Positions 28,812 to 38,879 of a stretch of DNA of 56,871 nucleotides are shown one piece after another. Made by a program: the position numbers and the translations under genes. The first letter of the stretch is position 1. Each line of letters begins with the position of its first letter. This stretch comes from Thermoanaerobaculia bacterium (GTDB lineage: Bacteria; Acidobacteriota; Thermoanaerobaculia; Multivoradales; UBA5704), in NCBI GenBank assembly GCA_035607435.1, contig DATMZU010000290.1, forward strand, positions 1 through 56,871, in the 5' to 3' direction. A model generated the notes under the pieces. That model did no database searches and was not told where the DNA came from. It saw only the letters and a list, made by a program, of their open reading frames with translations.

Positions 28812-29025
28812 GCTCCGCATCCTTTCGGGTAAGGATGTCTGCGGCATTCTCACAGGACACGGATTCGTCGCGGTCCGCCAGGCCGGCAGCCATATCGTGA
28901 TGCAGAAGCGACTTCCGGGCACTACGATCACCGTGCCGGTTCCAAATCACTCGACCCTTCGGATCGGCACGCTTCAGTCGATCATTCGACAATCCGGAGT
29001 TCCCCGGAGCGAGTTCGAATCGTAG
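28804..29025 (+). CDS. hicA: HicA-family mRNA interferase toxin
   Basis: LSGKDVCGILTGHGFVAVRQAGSHIVMQK...VPVPNHSTLRIGTLQSIIRQSG. TTG start overlapping the hicB end. Confidence 0.85.
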   Translation: MGRLRILSGKDVCGILTGHGFVAVRQAGSHIVMQKRLPGTTITVPVPNHSTLRIGTLQSIIRQSGVPRSEFES

Positions 29026-29986
29026 GACCGGCCTCCCGGGGCACCTTTTCCCACCCGAATAGCGGCACCAGCTCCTCGGCCCGGCAGGGCTCCGGCCGGT
29101 CGAGTAGCCCGAGCGATGCACCGAGTTGCCCGATCACCTCCTCGGGCGCAACGCCGCTTTCTCGCAGCGCCCGCAGCCTCGAAGCATCATCCCGCTTCGA
29201 AAGCTTCTCGCCTTCGGCGTTCACCACCAGAGGAAGGTGGGCGTAGGCGGGCACCTGACCTCCCAGCGCCTGGATTAGCTGGATCTGGCGGGCGGTCGAG
29301 TCGAGCAGGTCGCGGCCTCGGACAACTTCGGTGATGCCCATCGCGAGGTCATCCACCACGACGGCGAGCTGGTAGGCGTAGACGCCGTCGCGGCGCTTGA
29401 GGACGAAGTCGCCCACGGTTTCGTCCACCTGTTCGGTGATCGGGCCGCGGATTCGATCGACGAAGGAGACGGGCTCGGAATCGACGTGGAAGCGGAGCGC
29501 GGCGTCCGGTTTCGGGTTCGCGCGCAACGCTTCGAACCAGCCGGTCTCCAGGCTCTTCGGGCGCAGACTCGCCGGGTAGGGCGGCGTGCCTTCTCGACCG
29601 TGGGGAGCCGTGGCCAGGTTCGCGAGGTCGGCTCGCGAGACCCGGCAGGGGAAGAGGCGGCCGGCTTGCGCCAGATGTTCGAGCGCCGCTTCGTAGATCT
29701 CCGCGCGTTGCGATTGGACGTACGGCGCGAACGGACCGCCGACCGGCTCGGGGCCTTCGTCCCAATCGAGCCCTAGCCAGCGGAGGTCTTCCTCGGCGGC
29801 TTCGGCCATGCCGGGGACCGTGCGCGGTCCATCCAAGTCTTCCAGCCGCCAGACGAACGCGCCCCCTTGGCTGCGGACCGACAACCAAGCCGCCAACGCG
29901 GTGCGGGCATTGCCGAGATGAAGCCAGCCCGACGGAGTCGGGGCGTACCGGCCCCGCGGGATGTTCACCAAGACCCGCTTCGGCAA
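28982..29986 (-). CDS. gluQ: glutamyl-Q tRNA(Asp) synthetase
   Basis: RGRYAPTPSGWLHLGNARTALAAWL, WRLEDLD and KLSKRD (KMSKS-like). ~330 aa GluRS catalytic-domain paralogue lacking the anticodon domain. The 3' end overlaps hicA convergently by 44 nt. Confidence 0.88.
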   Translation of the reverse strand: MPKRVLVNIPRGRYAPTPSGWLHLGNARTALAAWLSVRSQGGAFVWRLEDLDGPRTVPGMAEAAEEDLRWLGLDWDEGPEPVGGPFAPYVQSQRAEIYEAALEHLAQAGRLFPCRVSRADLANLATAPHGREGTPPYPASLRPKSLETGWFEALRANPKPDAALRFHVDSEPVSFVDRIRGPITEQVDETVGDFVLKRRDGVYAYQLAVVVDDLAMGITEVVRGRDLLDSTARQIQLIQALGGQVPAYAHLPLVVNAEGEKLSKRDDASRLRALRESGVAPEEVIGQLGASLGLLDRPEPCRAEELVPLFGWEKVPREAGPTIRTRSGELRIVE

Positions 29987-29989
29987 GAT

Positions 29990-30076
29990 GTGGAGTGCGC
30001 CGACGCGTCGGCGCTTTGGGCGATCTCGCTGATGTCGCGGCTCCGGTCAAAGCGGCGACGCGTCGCCGCACTCCAC
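29990..30076. repeat. REP-like paired hairpin element (two 29-nt units in inverted orientation)
   Basis: GTGGAGTGCGCCGACGCGTCGGCGCTTTG (29990-30018) and CAAAGCGGCGACGCGTCGCCGCACTCCAC (30048-30076). Each unit contains its own perfect 18-bp palindrome. Confidence 0.85.
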
Positions 30077-30327
30077 ATCCGTCGGAGGAACGACCCGAAG
30101 TCTCTACCGCTGCGCCGGGAGCGTCAAGCGGTCCGAACCGAACGCGTTCATGAGCGGTCGCAAGATTTGCAGGGCCGAGCGCGACGACCGGCAAACAAAA
30201 ACCCCTCGCAAGCAGTCTCCAACGGGCTCCCTCCCGCCAACAGCGCCGGTGCAAAGGTTGCATTCCGCGGGTAGGCCCCAGATTCAACTTGCAACGGGCA
30301 CCGGCCACTGCCCAAGGAGAATTCGGA

Positions 30328-33300
30328 ATGAACGCTTTACCCCAGCATCCTCGATGGTTGCTCTGCGCCCTCATCCCTCTGATCGGCCTCCTGTCCCTCC
30401 CGGCCCATGCGGAGGTCTCTTGCGCAGGGTATGTCGAGGCCGACGTCGTTGCGCTCGATCAGGCTTGGACCTGGAATCGCTACGGTGCGATCGAGCCCCA
30501 AGGCATGATGTACGCGCTCCGGCGCGACGTCGTGCCCCTCTCCGACCTCGATGGATTGCCCGATCCTCCCCCCACGACCTACACGCTCGTCGCCGGCCAA
30601 GTCCAACTGCGGCGCGACAAACGGCCGCGGCCCCTGGTGCTGCGGGTCAACGTCGGCGATTGCCTGCGCATCCATTTCACCAACCTTCTGGACAGCGTCC
30701 AGCGCGACGAGGAGCAGCCCGCCACGCGCGACGCCTCGATTCACGTGGTCGGCCTGCAGCTGGTCGACTCGATCAAGAGCGACGGCTCTTCCGTCGGCGC
30801 CAATGGCGCTTCGAGCATCGTCCCTCCCGGCGGCTCGATCGACTACCTTCTTTATGCGCCGCAGGAAGGCACCTACGTGCTGCACAGCATGGGCGCTCCG
30901 GTCGGCGGCGAAGCGGACGCGGGCTCGATCTCCTCGGGCCTGTTCGGCGCGGTCGACGTGGAGCCGGTGGGCTCCGAGTGGTACCGGAGCCAGGTGACCG
31001 AGGAGGACTTGACCAAAGCGACGACCACGGTCGATTCCAATGGCTTCCCGCGGATCAATTACGGCGCGACCTTTCCGCCCGGCCATCGCTACGCGGGCAA
31101 GCCGATCCTCAAGATGTACACCGGTTCCTCGACCGCCCGGACGCTGGTCTACTCGGACCTGACGGCAATCGTCACCGGCCCGAACGCGGGCATGCTCTCG
31201 TCCCCCGATCCCAGCACCAAGATCTATCCCGAACGCAACGAGCCGTTCCGTGAATTCACGATCATCTTCCACGACGAGCTCGGCGCGGTCCAGGCGTTTC
31301 CCCAGTTCGAGGACCGGGAACTGCAGCACACGCTCCACAGCGTCCGCGACGCCTTCGCGATCAACTACGGCGCCGGAGGAGCGGGCGCCGAGATCCTGGC
31401 GAACCGGCTGGGCGTGGGTCCCGCGCTCGACTGCCCGGAGTGCATGTACGAAGAATTTTTCCTTTCCTCCTGGGCGATCGGCGACCCGGCGATGGTGGTC
31501 GACGTGCCGGCCAACGCGCCCTGCACCGACAGCGACTTCGATCAGATGGGCGAGCCGCTCTACAACAACGTCGCGCCCTATCCCTGCACCCCGACGCCGG
31601 GACGAAAGGCGAAAGTCGCGCTCTATCCCGACGACCCGTCCAACGTATACCACAGCTATCTGAACGACCACGTCAAGTTCCGCAACTCGCACGCGGGTTC
31701 GGACGACCACCACATCTTCCACCTTCACGCCCACCAGTGGCTCCATACGCCGCGGGAAGACAAGTCGAACTACAGCGACTCTCAGGCGATCGGCCAGGGG
31801 GGAAGCTTCACTTACGAGATCACCAACGGCGGCAGCGGCAACCTGAACAAGACCGCGGGCGACTCGATCTTCCATTGCCATTTCTATCCCCACTTCGCAC
31901 AGGGCATGTGGTCGCTCTGGCGGGTCCACGACGTGCTTGAGCTGGGCACCAAGCTGACCAACGGAGGCAAGCCCGCATCGGGCTCACGCGCCCTGCCGGA
32001 CAACGAGATCCTGGCCGGCACGCCGATCCCCGGCGTGGTGCCGATTCCGGTCCTGCCGATGGCTCCGATCCCCGGCGCGGCCTCGATCAACCCGCTGAAC
32101 GGCCAGCCGGTCTTTACGACCACGGTCAACCCGGGCTATCCGTTCTTCGTTCCCGGAATCGCCGGCCGGCGTGCCCCTCATCCCCCTCTCGACACGATTC
32201 ACGACGGCGGCCTGCAGCGTCACGTGGTGGTCAAGGGTAGTGCCACCAGCACCGAGACCCGGCTCAGCTTCGACAAGGTCTTCAACTCCATCACCCCGAA
32301 GTTCCTGGCGGAGACCGGCGAGCCGGTCGAGCTGACCGCGATGAATTTCCACAACAACGCGGCCGGCTACGCCACCCCGCGCCCCGACAACCTCCCCGCG
32401 ACCAAGACGTTCAAGGTCAACACCCACGGCCAGGTGCGCGGCGCGCCGATCGCCGATCCCTGCCCCACGGGCTCGACGATGCGCTACTACAAAGCGGCGG
32501 ACATTCAGCTAGACCTGGTGATCAACAAGGCCGGCTGGCACTTCCCGCAGGCGCGCATGATCACGCTGTGGAACGACGTCGCCCCGACGCTCGCCGGAAC
32601 CCGACCGCCGGAGCCGTTCTTCTTCCGCGCCAACTCGGGCGAGTGCATCGAGTTCTGGAGCACCAACCTGGTGCCCAATACCTATGAGCTCGACGACTTC
32701 CAGGTCAAGACCCCGACCGACATCCTCGGCCAGCACATCCACCTCGTGAAGTTCGACGTCCTCGCCTCGGACGGCGGCGGCAACGGCTGGAACTACGAGG
32801 ACGGCACGTTCTCTCCCGCCGAGGTGCGCGAGCGCATCGCCGCGATCCGCCTCGAAAACAGCTGCGAACCCGGCGACTTCGACCCGGAAAAATGCCCCGT
32901 CGCCCAGGTCCATCCGTTCTTCGGCTCGCACGCCTCGGAGTGCACGAACGGACCCCGTGACAACGAATGGCTGGGGGCGCAAACCACCGTGCAGCGCTGG
33001 TATGCGGACCCGATGACCACCCTCCAGGGCGGCAAGCGCACCCTGCGCACCGTCTTCACCCACGACCACTTCGGGCCCTCCACCCACCAGCAGGTGGGAC
33101 TGTACGCCGGCCTGATCGTCGAACCCCCCGGCTCTTCCTGGGCGCACAACGAAACCGGCACCGCGCTCGGCACGAACATGGGATTGAGTCTCACCCAAGA
33201 CGGCGGCCCGACCAGCTGGCAGGCCGTGATCAGCAGCCCGGCAGAGAATTACCGCGAGTTCATGCTGGAGTTCGGCGACTTCTTCCTCGCCTACGAGCCG

Positions 33301-35586
33301 GGCAGTCCGCGGTGCCCGACCGACGCGCTCGGCTTCGCCGATCCGAAGCGGGCGATCAACCCGCCGGGTAAAAACGAAGAAGCCCCGCCGATCCTCTACT
33401 CGAAGCCGATCGATTGCCCGGTCAACGCTCCTCCGGGAACCCCCGGTCCGCCGGCTCCCTGTCCGGAAGCCGTTTCGGCCGACGATCCGGGAACCAAGAC
33501 GGTCAACTACCGCAACGAGCCGATCGCGCTGCGCGTCCTCGATCAGAGCGGTCCCTCTCCCCAGCAGTACACGGGCGGCTTCCTCGGCCGCGGCGGCGAC
33601 CTCTCGTTCGCTTACGAAACCCGCACCGACCGCTGGGATCCCGAGTTCAACACCTTCCCCTATGCGCCGTTCCTGACCAAGGCGCCGTACGGCCCGCTGA
33701 CCACAGGCACCTACCAAGGCGACCCGTACACGCCGCTGCTGCGGAGCTACGAGGGCGACACGGTGAAGATCCGCGTCCTGGTCGGCGCGCACGAAGAGTC
33801 GCACAACATGACGGTTCACGGCATGAAGTGGCTCCGCGAGGCGGAAGTCGCCGACTCCGGCTGGCGCAACTCGCAGGGAATGGGCATCTCCGAGTGGTTC
33901 GACCTGGAAATCGGACGTATCCCGGCGCTCAACGCCGACGGTAAGTTCGCCGACTTCCTGTACAAGCCGGGCGCGGCGACCGAGTCGCAGTGGGACGGAC
34001 TCTGGGGATTGATCCGCACCTACCGCGGCCCGCGGCCCGACCTCCGGGTTCTCGATAGCGCGAACCCCGACGCCCGGGGCACCGACGTGGCAGGCGGCTA
34101 TCGGGTCACCGAAGCCTCCACCGCGGTCGGAGTGAAACCCTTCGAATCGGGAGATTCCGGCACGAACCGTGAGCTCGTCGCGGACGGCGTGGCCCTTCCG
34201 GCCATCCCGACCAACTGCCCCTCGACCTCGACGCTGCGGCACTTCGACATCACCGCGGTCTCCGCGGCCGAAGTTCTGCGGAACGACGGCTACGGACCGA
34301 ACGCCGGCTTGATCTACAACCGGCGCCCGGACGTGGTGAATCACCCCGCTCCGCCCGAAGGCCACGGCGGCATCAGCGTCGGTCCGCTGCACCAGTCCGA
34401 CGCCATCATGTTCGTCTACAAGAGCGATCTCGACTACTCGCAGGGCCGGCCGCTGCTGATTCCGAGCGTCCGGCGCGAGCCGCTGGTCCTTCGGGCCCGG
34501 TCCGGTGAGTGCATCGAGGTCAAGTTGAACAACGACATCCCGCCCGGCTATATCGATCTTCTCGACGGCTTCAACGGCATGCCGATGATCGTCGAGAACT
34601 TCAACGCCGATCAGATCAAGACCTCGCTCGAAGTCGGCCTCCATCCTCAGCTGGTGGCGTACGACATCATGACCAGCGATGGGACGAACGTCGGCTTGAA
34701 CCCGATCCAGCTGGGCAAGCAGACCGTGGCCCCCGGCGAAGGGGTCGTCTACTACTGGTACGCCGGAAAGTTCGTCGGATCGACCGCTCTGGCGGTGGAG
34801 TTCGGCGGCTCGGGTCTCACCTCCTCCGACCCGATCAAGCACGCGAGCAAAGGCGCCATCGGCGCTCTGATCATCGAGCCGCCGGGATCCACCTGGACCG
34901 AGGACCTGGTGCCGGAGACCGATCTGTCGATCCGCAAGTCGCGCGCTTCGGCTACGATCTCCCCCACGGACGTCATCAAGTTCAAGGAGTTCGTGGTGAT
35001 GTTCCAAGACGACCTGAACCTGCGCTTCACCAAGGGTGACGGTTACGACTACAGCAACCCCAGGTACGGCCCGGCGATCCCCAACCTGATCGTCAACGTC
35101 GATTCCGAAGGTTCCGGCCAGAAGGCGATCAACTACCGCACCGAGCCGCTCTGGTACCGGGCCGGCTGGTCGCCCGAAACCTCGACCAACGACACCCGTA
35201 ACTTTACCCAGTTCAACGTCTTGATGGAGAATGCCTGGGTGCATCAAGATCCGGAAACCCCGGTGTTCCAATCGACCAAGGGACAGCAGGTTCGCATGCG
35301 GGTCGTTCACCCGGGCGGTCACGAGTTGCCGATCGTCTTCGACCTGCACGGCCACGTCTGGGAGGAATACCCGGTCCTGGCCGGCTCGGGATCGTCCCGG
35401 CAGGGTTCCAACCCGGTGTGCGAGTGGAAGGGAACCCGCGACGGCATGGGAGCCTCCGACCACTTCGACGCACTGCTCAAGGGTGGGGCCGGCGGTATGG
35501 TCGGCGTCTCCGGCGATTACCTCTACCGCGACTACACTCCGGCTCACCTCGACGACGGTCTCTGGGGTCTCTTCCGTGTCAAATAG
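30328..35586 (+). CDS. giant secreted multicopper oxidase (about 6-7 cupredoxin-like domains; MnxG/MofA-like size class)
   Basis: ATG 30328 after AAGGAG. Signal peptide ending AHA. HIFHLHAHQW. Canonical T1/T3 motif SIFHCHFYPHFAQGMW (HCHxxxHxxxxM). Further HxH boxes (GQHIHLVKFD, FTHDHFGPSTH, FDLHGHVWEE). Confidence 0.85.
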   Translation: MNALPQHPRWLLCALIPLIGLLSLPAHAEVSCAGYVEADVVALDQAWTWNRYGAIEPQGMMYALRRDVVPLSDLDGLPDPPPTTYTLVAGQVQLRRDKRPRPLVLRVNVGDCLRIHFTNLLDSVQRDEEQPATRDASIHVVGLQLVDSIKSDGSSVGANGASSIVPPGGSIDYLLYAPQEGTYVLHSMGAPVGGEADAGSISSGLFGAVDVEPVGSEWYRSQVTEEDLTKATTTVDSNGFPRINYGATFPPGHRYAGKPILKMYTGSSTARTLVYSDLTAIVTGPNAGMLSSPDPSTKIYPERNEPFREFTIIFHDELGAVQAFPQFEDRELQHTLHSVRDAFAINYGAGGAGAEILANRLGVGPALDCPECMYEEFFLSSWAIGDPAMVVDVPANAPCTDSDFDQMGEPLYNNVAPYPCTPTPGRKAKVALYPDDPSNVYHSYLNDHVKFRNSHAGSDDHHIFHLHAHQWLHTPREDKSNYSDSQAIGQGGSFTYEITNGGSGNLNKTAGDSIFHCHFYPHFAQGMWSLWRVHDVLELGTKLTNGGKPASGSRALPDNEILAGTPIPGVVPIPVLPMAPIPGAASINPLNGQPVFTTTVNPGYPFFVPGIAGRRAPHPPLDTIHDGGLQRHVVVKGSATSTETRLSFDKVFNSITPKFLAETGEPVELTAMNFHNNAAGYATPRPDNLPATKTFKVNTHGQVRGAPIADPCPTGSTMRYYKAADIQLDLVINKAGWHFPQARMITLWNDVAPTLAGTRPPEPFFFRANSGECIEFWSTNLVPNTYELDDFQVKTPTDILGQHIHLVKFDVLASDGGGNGWNYEDGTFSPAEVRERIAAIRLENSCEPGDFDPEKCPVAQVHPFFGSHASECTNGPRDNEWLGAQTTVQRWYADPMTTLQGGKRTLRTVFTHDHFGPSTHQQVGLYAGLIVEPPGSSWAHNETGTALGTNMGLSLTQDGGPTSWQAVISSPAENYREFMLEFGDFFLAYEPGSPRCPTDALGFADPKRAINPPGKNEEAPPILYSKPIDCPVNAPPGTPGPPAPCPEAVSADDPGTKTVNYRNEPIALRVLDQSGPSPQQYTGGFLGRGGDLSFAYETRTDRWDPEFNTFPYAPFLTKAPYGPLTTGTYQGDPYTPLLRSYEGDTVKIRVLVGAHEESHNMTVHGMKWLREAEVADSGWRNSQGMGISEWFDLEIGRIPALNADGKFADFLYKPGAATESQWDGLWGLIRTYRGPRPDLRVLDSANPDARGTDVAGGYRVTEASTAVGVKPFESGDSGTNRELVADGVALPAIPTNCPSTSTLRHFDITAVSAAEVLRNDGYGPNAGLIYNRRPDVVNHPAPPEGHGGISVGPLHQSDAIMFVYKSDLDYSQGRPLLIPSVRREPLVLRARSGECIEVKLNNDIPPGYIDLLDGFNGMPMIVENFNADQIKTSLEVGLHPQLVAYDIMTSDGTNVGLNPIQLGKQTVAPGEGVVYYWYAGKFVGSTALAVEFGGSGLTSSDPIKHASKGAIGALIIEPPGSTWTEDLVPETDLSIRKSRASATISPTDVIKFKEFVVMFQDDLNLRFTKGDGYDYSNPRYGPAIPNLIVNVDSEGSGQKAINYRTEPLWYRAGWSPETSTNDTRNFTQFNVLMENAWVHQDPETPVFQSTKGQQVRMRVVHPGGHELPIVFDLHGHVWEEYPVLAGSGSSRQGSNPVCEWKGTRDGMGASDHFDALLKGGAGGMVGVSGDYLYRDYTPAHLDDGLWGLFRVK

Positions 35587-37615
35587 CCCGACCGCCCTTC
35601 TTCGGGTCGCGGGCGTCCTGCTCGGCCTTCTGCTCTCCCCGTTCGCGGGGAGGGCGTTGGTCGGGGGGGCGCCCGCCCTTCCCGTCCCTCCCTCTTCCCC
35701 CTCCCCTTCTTCTTACCTTCCCGCCGAGGCCGCTCCGGCGGCCCCCGGTTCCGGCCGGATCGGCCACGCCGAAGTCGGCGGGATCGCGGTCGATGCCTAC
35801 TTGGAAGCCGTCCGGGCGGGCGCTCCGCTGCGCGAAGGCGAAGAGGCCCGCGTCCGTCTGGAGTTCTCCGACGCCAACACCAAGGCTCCCCTCGACGGCC
35901 TGTTCCCCGGCGCCTGGATCGATGCGCTTACCCCGGGGGCCAAGGCGAGCGACTCCGAAGAGTGCAAGAAGAAACTCCAAGGCTTCGTCGGCGGCTCGCT
36001 CCTCAATCCGCCGGAACATGACCTGAACGCCTATTTCGTCCTGGGGCTCAACGAGGACGCCACGATCACCGTCGTCGATCCGCTGTTCACGTTCGGCGGC
36101 AGCAAGCTGCTCGACATGGTCTTCCTCAAGAGCGCGGGCTCCGACTGGGCGTTGTCCAAAGATCAGCTCCGCCTGTACGTTTCGATGGCCGAAGCGGGCG
36201 AGGTCGCGGTGGTCGATACCGAAAGCTGGAAAGTGATCGCCAACGTCCCCGTGGGCAAAGGCGCCGGGCGCGTCATGCTGCAACCCGACGAGCGCTACCT
36301 CTGGGTGGCGGTCGATGGCGGCGCTAACACCCCGGGCGTCGTGGCGATCGACACCGTGAAGCTCGCGCAGGCGGCGGCGATTTCGACCGGCACCGGACCG
36401 CACGATCTCGCGATCTCGGGCGACGATCGGTACGTCTTCGCCTCCAGCCGCGACTCAGGCGACGTCTCGGTGATCGACGTGCGCACGCTTTCCGAGCTGC
36501 GCCGGGTGAAGACCTGCAAGCAGCCGGTCTCGATCGCCTGGTCCGAGCCCGCCGCCTCGGCGTTCGTCGCCTGTCAAGGGGACGGCGCGATCGTCTCGGT
36601 CTCATCCGATCCCGAACGGCCGCTCGTCCGCCTTCAGGCCCAGCCGGGCCTTGCGCAGATCCGCTTTTCGCCCGACGGCCGGCTCGGCTTCGTGCCGAAT
36701 CCGAAGAAGAACGTGGTCCACATCATCGATGCCGCGGGACCGCGGATCGTCCAGAGCCCCGGCGTCGAGAGCGAGCCCGACCAGGTGTCGTTCAGCCAGG
36801 ACATCGCCTACGTCCGCCATCGCGGCAGCGAGACGATCTTGATGATCCCGCTCTCGCAGGTCGGTCACGAAGGCGCGGCGGTGCCGGTGGTCGATTTTCC
36901 CGGCGGCCAAAACCCGCCCGGCGAAATGGACCTGCCGACTCCCGCCGCCGGCATCGTCCAGGCCCCCGGCGAAGACGCCATCCTGCTCGCCAACCCGCAA
37001 GACCGGATGATCTATTACTACAAGGAGGGGATGGCGGCGCCGATGGGCAGTTTCCAGAACTACTCGCGGCAGCCGCGGGCGGTGCTCGCCGTCGATCGCT
37101 CCTTGCGTCCCGCCGGGCCGGGCCGCTACTCGACCACGTTCCTGCTCGGCCCCGCCGGCCGGCGCGACCTGACCCTGTTGGTCAACTCGCCGCGGATCGT
37201 CGAATGCTTCCCCTTCACGATCGAAACGAACCCGAACAAGCCCGACAACCGGGCTCCGGTGGTCGCGACCGCGCTCCAGCCGAACTCCAAGATCGCCCCG
37301 GGGCGCGAGGTGGTCCTCCGCTTCCGTCTCAACCGCACCGCCGACAACTCCCTGCTCACCGGGGCGTCCGACGTCCGCGTCGTCACGTTCCTCTCGCCGG
37401 GCGTCAACCGCCGTGCGCTGCCGGCCGCCGAGGTCGAGCCCGGGATCTACGAAGCGCGTTTCACCCCGTCCGAAGCAGGGATCTACTACGTGTTCGTCGA
37501 TTCCCTCTCGGCCGGCCTCAAGGTCGAAAAGTCGCCGACCACGGTGATCGACACGACCGAGGCGCCGGCCGAGCCGGCCGCCGAGCCGAAGAAAGAAGGA
37601 GCTTCGCCGTCATGA
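35576..37615 (+). CDS. YVTN/cytochrome-d1-like beta-propeller repeat protein with C-terminal Ig-like domains
   Basis: GTG 35576 overlaps the oxidase stop. Hydrophobic N-terminus. Repeated blades (VAVVDTESWKVIANVPVG, VVAIDTVKL, VSVIDVRTLSEL, VHIIDAAG). C-terminal GIYEARFTPSEAGIYYVFVD. Confidence 0.65.
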   Translation: MSNSPTALLRVAGVLLGLLLSPFAGRALVGGAPALPVPPSSPSPSSYLPAEAAPAAPGSGRIGHAEVGGIAVDAYLEAVRAGAPLREGEEARVRLEFSDANTKAPLDGLFPGAWIDALTPGAKASDSEECKKKLQGFVGGSLLNPPEHDLNAYFVLGLNEDATITVVDPLFTFGGSKLLDMVFLKSAGSDWALSKDQLRLYVSMAEAGEVAVVDTESWKVIANVPVGKGAGRVMLQPDERYLWVAVDGGANTPGVVAIDTVKLAQAAAISTGTGPHDLAISGDDRYVFASSRDSGDVSVIDVRTLSELRRVKTCKQPVSIAWSEPAASAFVACQGDGAIVSVSSDPERPLVRLQAQPGLAQIRFSPDGRLGFVPNPKKNVVHIIDAAGPRIVQSPGVESEPDQVSFSQDIAYVRHRGSETILMIPLSQVGHEGAAVPVVDFPGGQNPPGEMDLPTPAAGIVQAPGEDAILLANPQDRMIYYYKEGMAAPMGSFQNYSRQPRAVLAVDRSLRPAGPGRYSTTFLLGPAGRRDLTLLVNSPRIVECFPFTIETNPNKPDNRAPVVATALQPNSKIAPGREVVLRFRLNRTADNSLLTGASDVRVVTFLSPGVNRRALPAAEVEPGIYEARFTPSEAGIYYVFVDSLSAGLKVEKSPTTVIDTTEAPAEPAAEPKKEGASPS

Positions 37616-38244
37616 CCTTCCGCAGCTGGTTTCCGATCGCCCTTCTCGCGGGCACCGTCCTCTCGCTCCCGGGTGCCCCGGCCACCGCCGCCCCCGGAGC
37701 GCTCCCAGAGATTGCCGATCCGGCCGAATTGGCCGCCCCGGCGATCCCGGACGTCTCCCTGGTCGATCAGAACGGCAAGAAGATTCACTTCTACAGCGAC
37801 CTGATCCAAGGCAAGGTCGTGGCGGTCAACTTCGTCTTCACCACCTGCAGCACGATCTGCACGCCGCAGGGCGCGCGTTTCGCCGAGCTGCGCAGGATGC
37901 TGGGGGACCAGGCGGGGCGCGATGTCCACCTGATCTCGGTGTCGATCGATCCGCAGTCCGATACGCCCGCCAAGCTCAAGGCCTGGTCCGAAAAACTCGG
38001 CGCCGGCCCCGGCTGGACGCTGGTCACGGGCGAAAAGGACGAGATCGTCCGTCTGCTCAAATCGCTCGGCGCGTTCGACGTCGATATCAAGCGGCATACC
38101 CCGTCGCTGCTGCTCGGCAACGACCGCGACAAGCGCTGGACCCGCGCCTACTCTCTCGCACCGGCGGCGCAGCTCGCCGGCCTGCTCGACGGCCTCCGCA
38201 AGGCGGCCCCCGGTACCAAGACCCAGCCGAAGGAAGGGAAATGA
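37612..38244 (+). CDS. Sco1/SenC copper chaperone (thioredoxin fold)
   Basis: Signal peptide, CxxxC motif FVFTTCSTICTPQG and a downstream His. ATGA overlap with the upstream gene. Confidence 0.88.
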   Translation: MTFRSWFPIALLAGTVLSLPGAPATAAPGALPEIADPAELAAPAIPDVSLVDQNGKKIHFYSDLIQGKVVAVNFVFTTCSTICTPQGARFAELRRMLGDQAGRDVHLISVSIDPQSDTPAKLKAWSEKLGAGPGWTLVTGEKDEIVRLLKSLGAFDVDIKRHTPSLLLGNDRDKRWTRAYSLAPAAQLAGLLDGLRKAAPGTKTQPKEGK

Positions 38245-38879
38245 TCATGCGTCTCCAGAAGGTTCTCTCTCTTCCGCTCGCGATTCTCTTCTGCGCCGGT
38301 TTCGCCGGCGATCTGCGGGCGGATGAACCTACGACTTCCGCGGCACCGCCCGCGGCGACGTCCTCCACGGCCACCCCGAAAACCGGCCCCGGCAGCCCCG
38401 CCGAGCGCTACTTCACGAACGCGCCGCTGGTCGACCAGAACGGCACGGAGCACCGCTTCTACGCCGATCTGCTCCAGGGCAGAATCGTGATCATCCAGGC
38501 GATGTTCACCGAATGCGCCGGGGTCTGCCCGGTGATGGCCGGCACCCTCGAACGGGTCCAGGAATGGGCCGGCGACCGCCTGGGTAAAGATGTCGTCATC
38601 CTGTCGTTCTCGGTCGATCCGAAAGACACTCCGGCGAAGATGAAAGCCTTCTCCGAGCGCTTCCACGCCAAGCCCGGCTGGTATTTCCTCACCGGGACGA
38701 AAGAGAACTGGGAGACCGCGCTCCGGAAGCTCGGCCTCTATTCGGAGAACCGCGAGGCCCATTCCGCCGTCTTCACGATCGGCAACGACCGCACCGGCCT
38801 GTGGAAGAAGGCGCTCGGCGTCGCCAAGCCGAAGGAGATCGTGGAGATCGTCGAAAGCGTCGCGAAGGATCAAGGTTGA
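38241..38879 (+). CDS. Sco1/SenC copper chaperone, second copy
   Basis: Signal peptide, CxxxC motif FTECAGVCPVMAG and AHSAVF His. ATGA overlap. Confidence 0.88.
   Translation: MIMRLQKVLSLPLAILFCAGFAGDLRADEPTTSAAPPAATSSTATPKTGPGSPAERYFTNAPLVDQNGTEHRFYADLLQGRIVIIQAMFTECAGVCPVMAGTLERVQEWAGDRLGKDVVILSFSVDPKDTPAKMKAFSERFHAKPGWYFLTGTKENWETALRKLGLYSENREAHSAVFTIGNDRTGLWKKALGVAKPKEIVEIVESVAKDQG

Noticed and set aside
32509-35547. 1012-aa minus-strand ORF (and 30337-31929, 530 aa)
   Set aside because: Antisense to the multicopper oxidase, which carries canonical copper-binding motifs. No recognisable domains.
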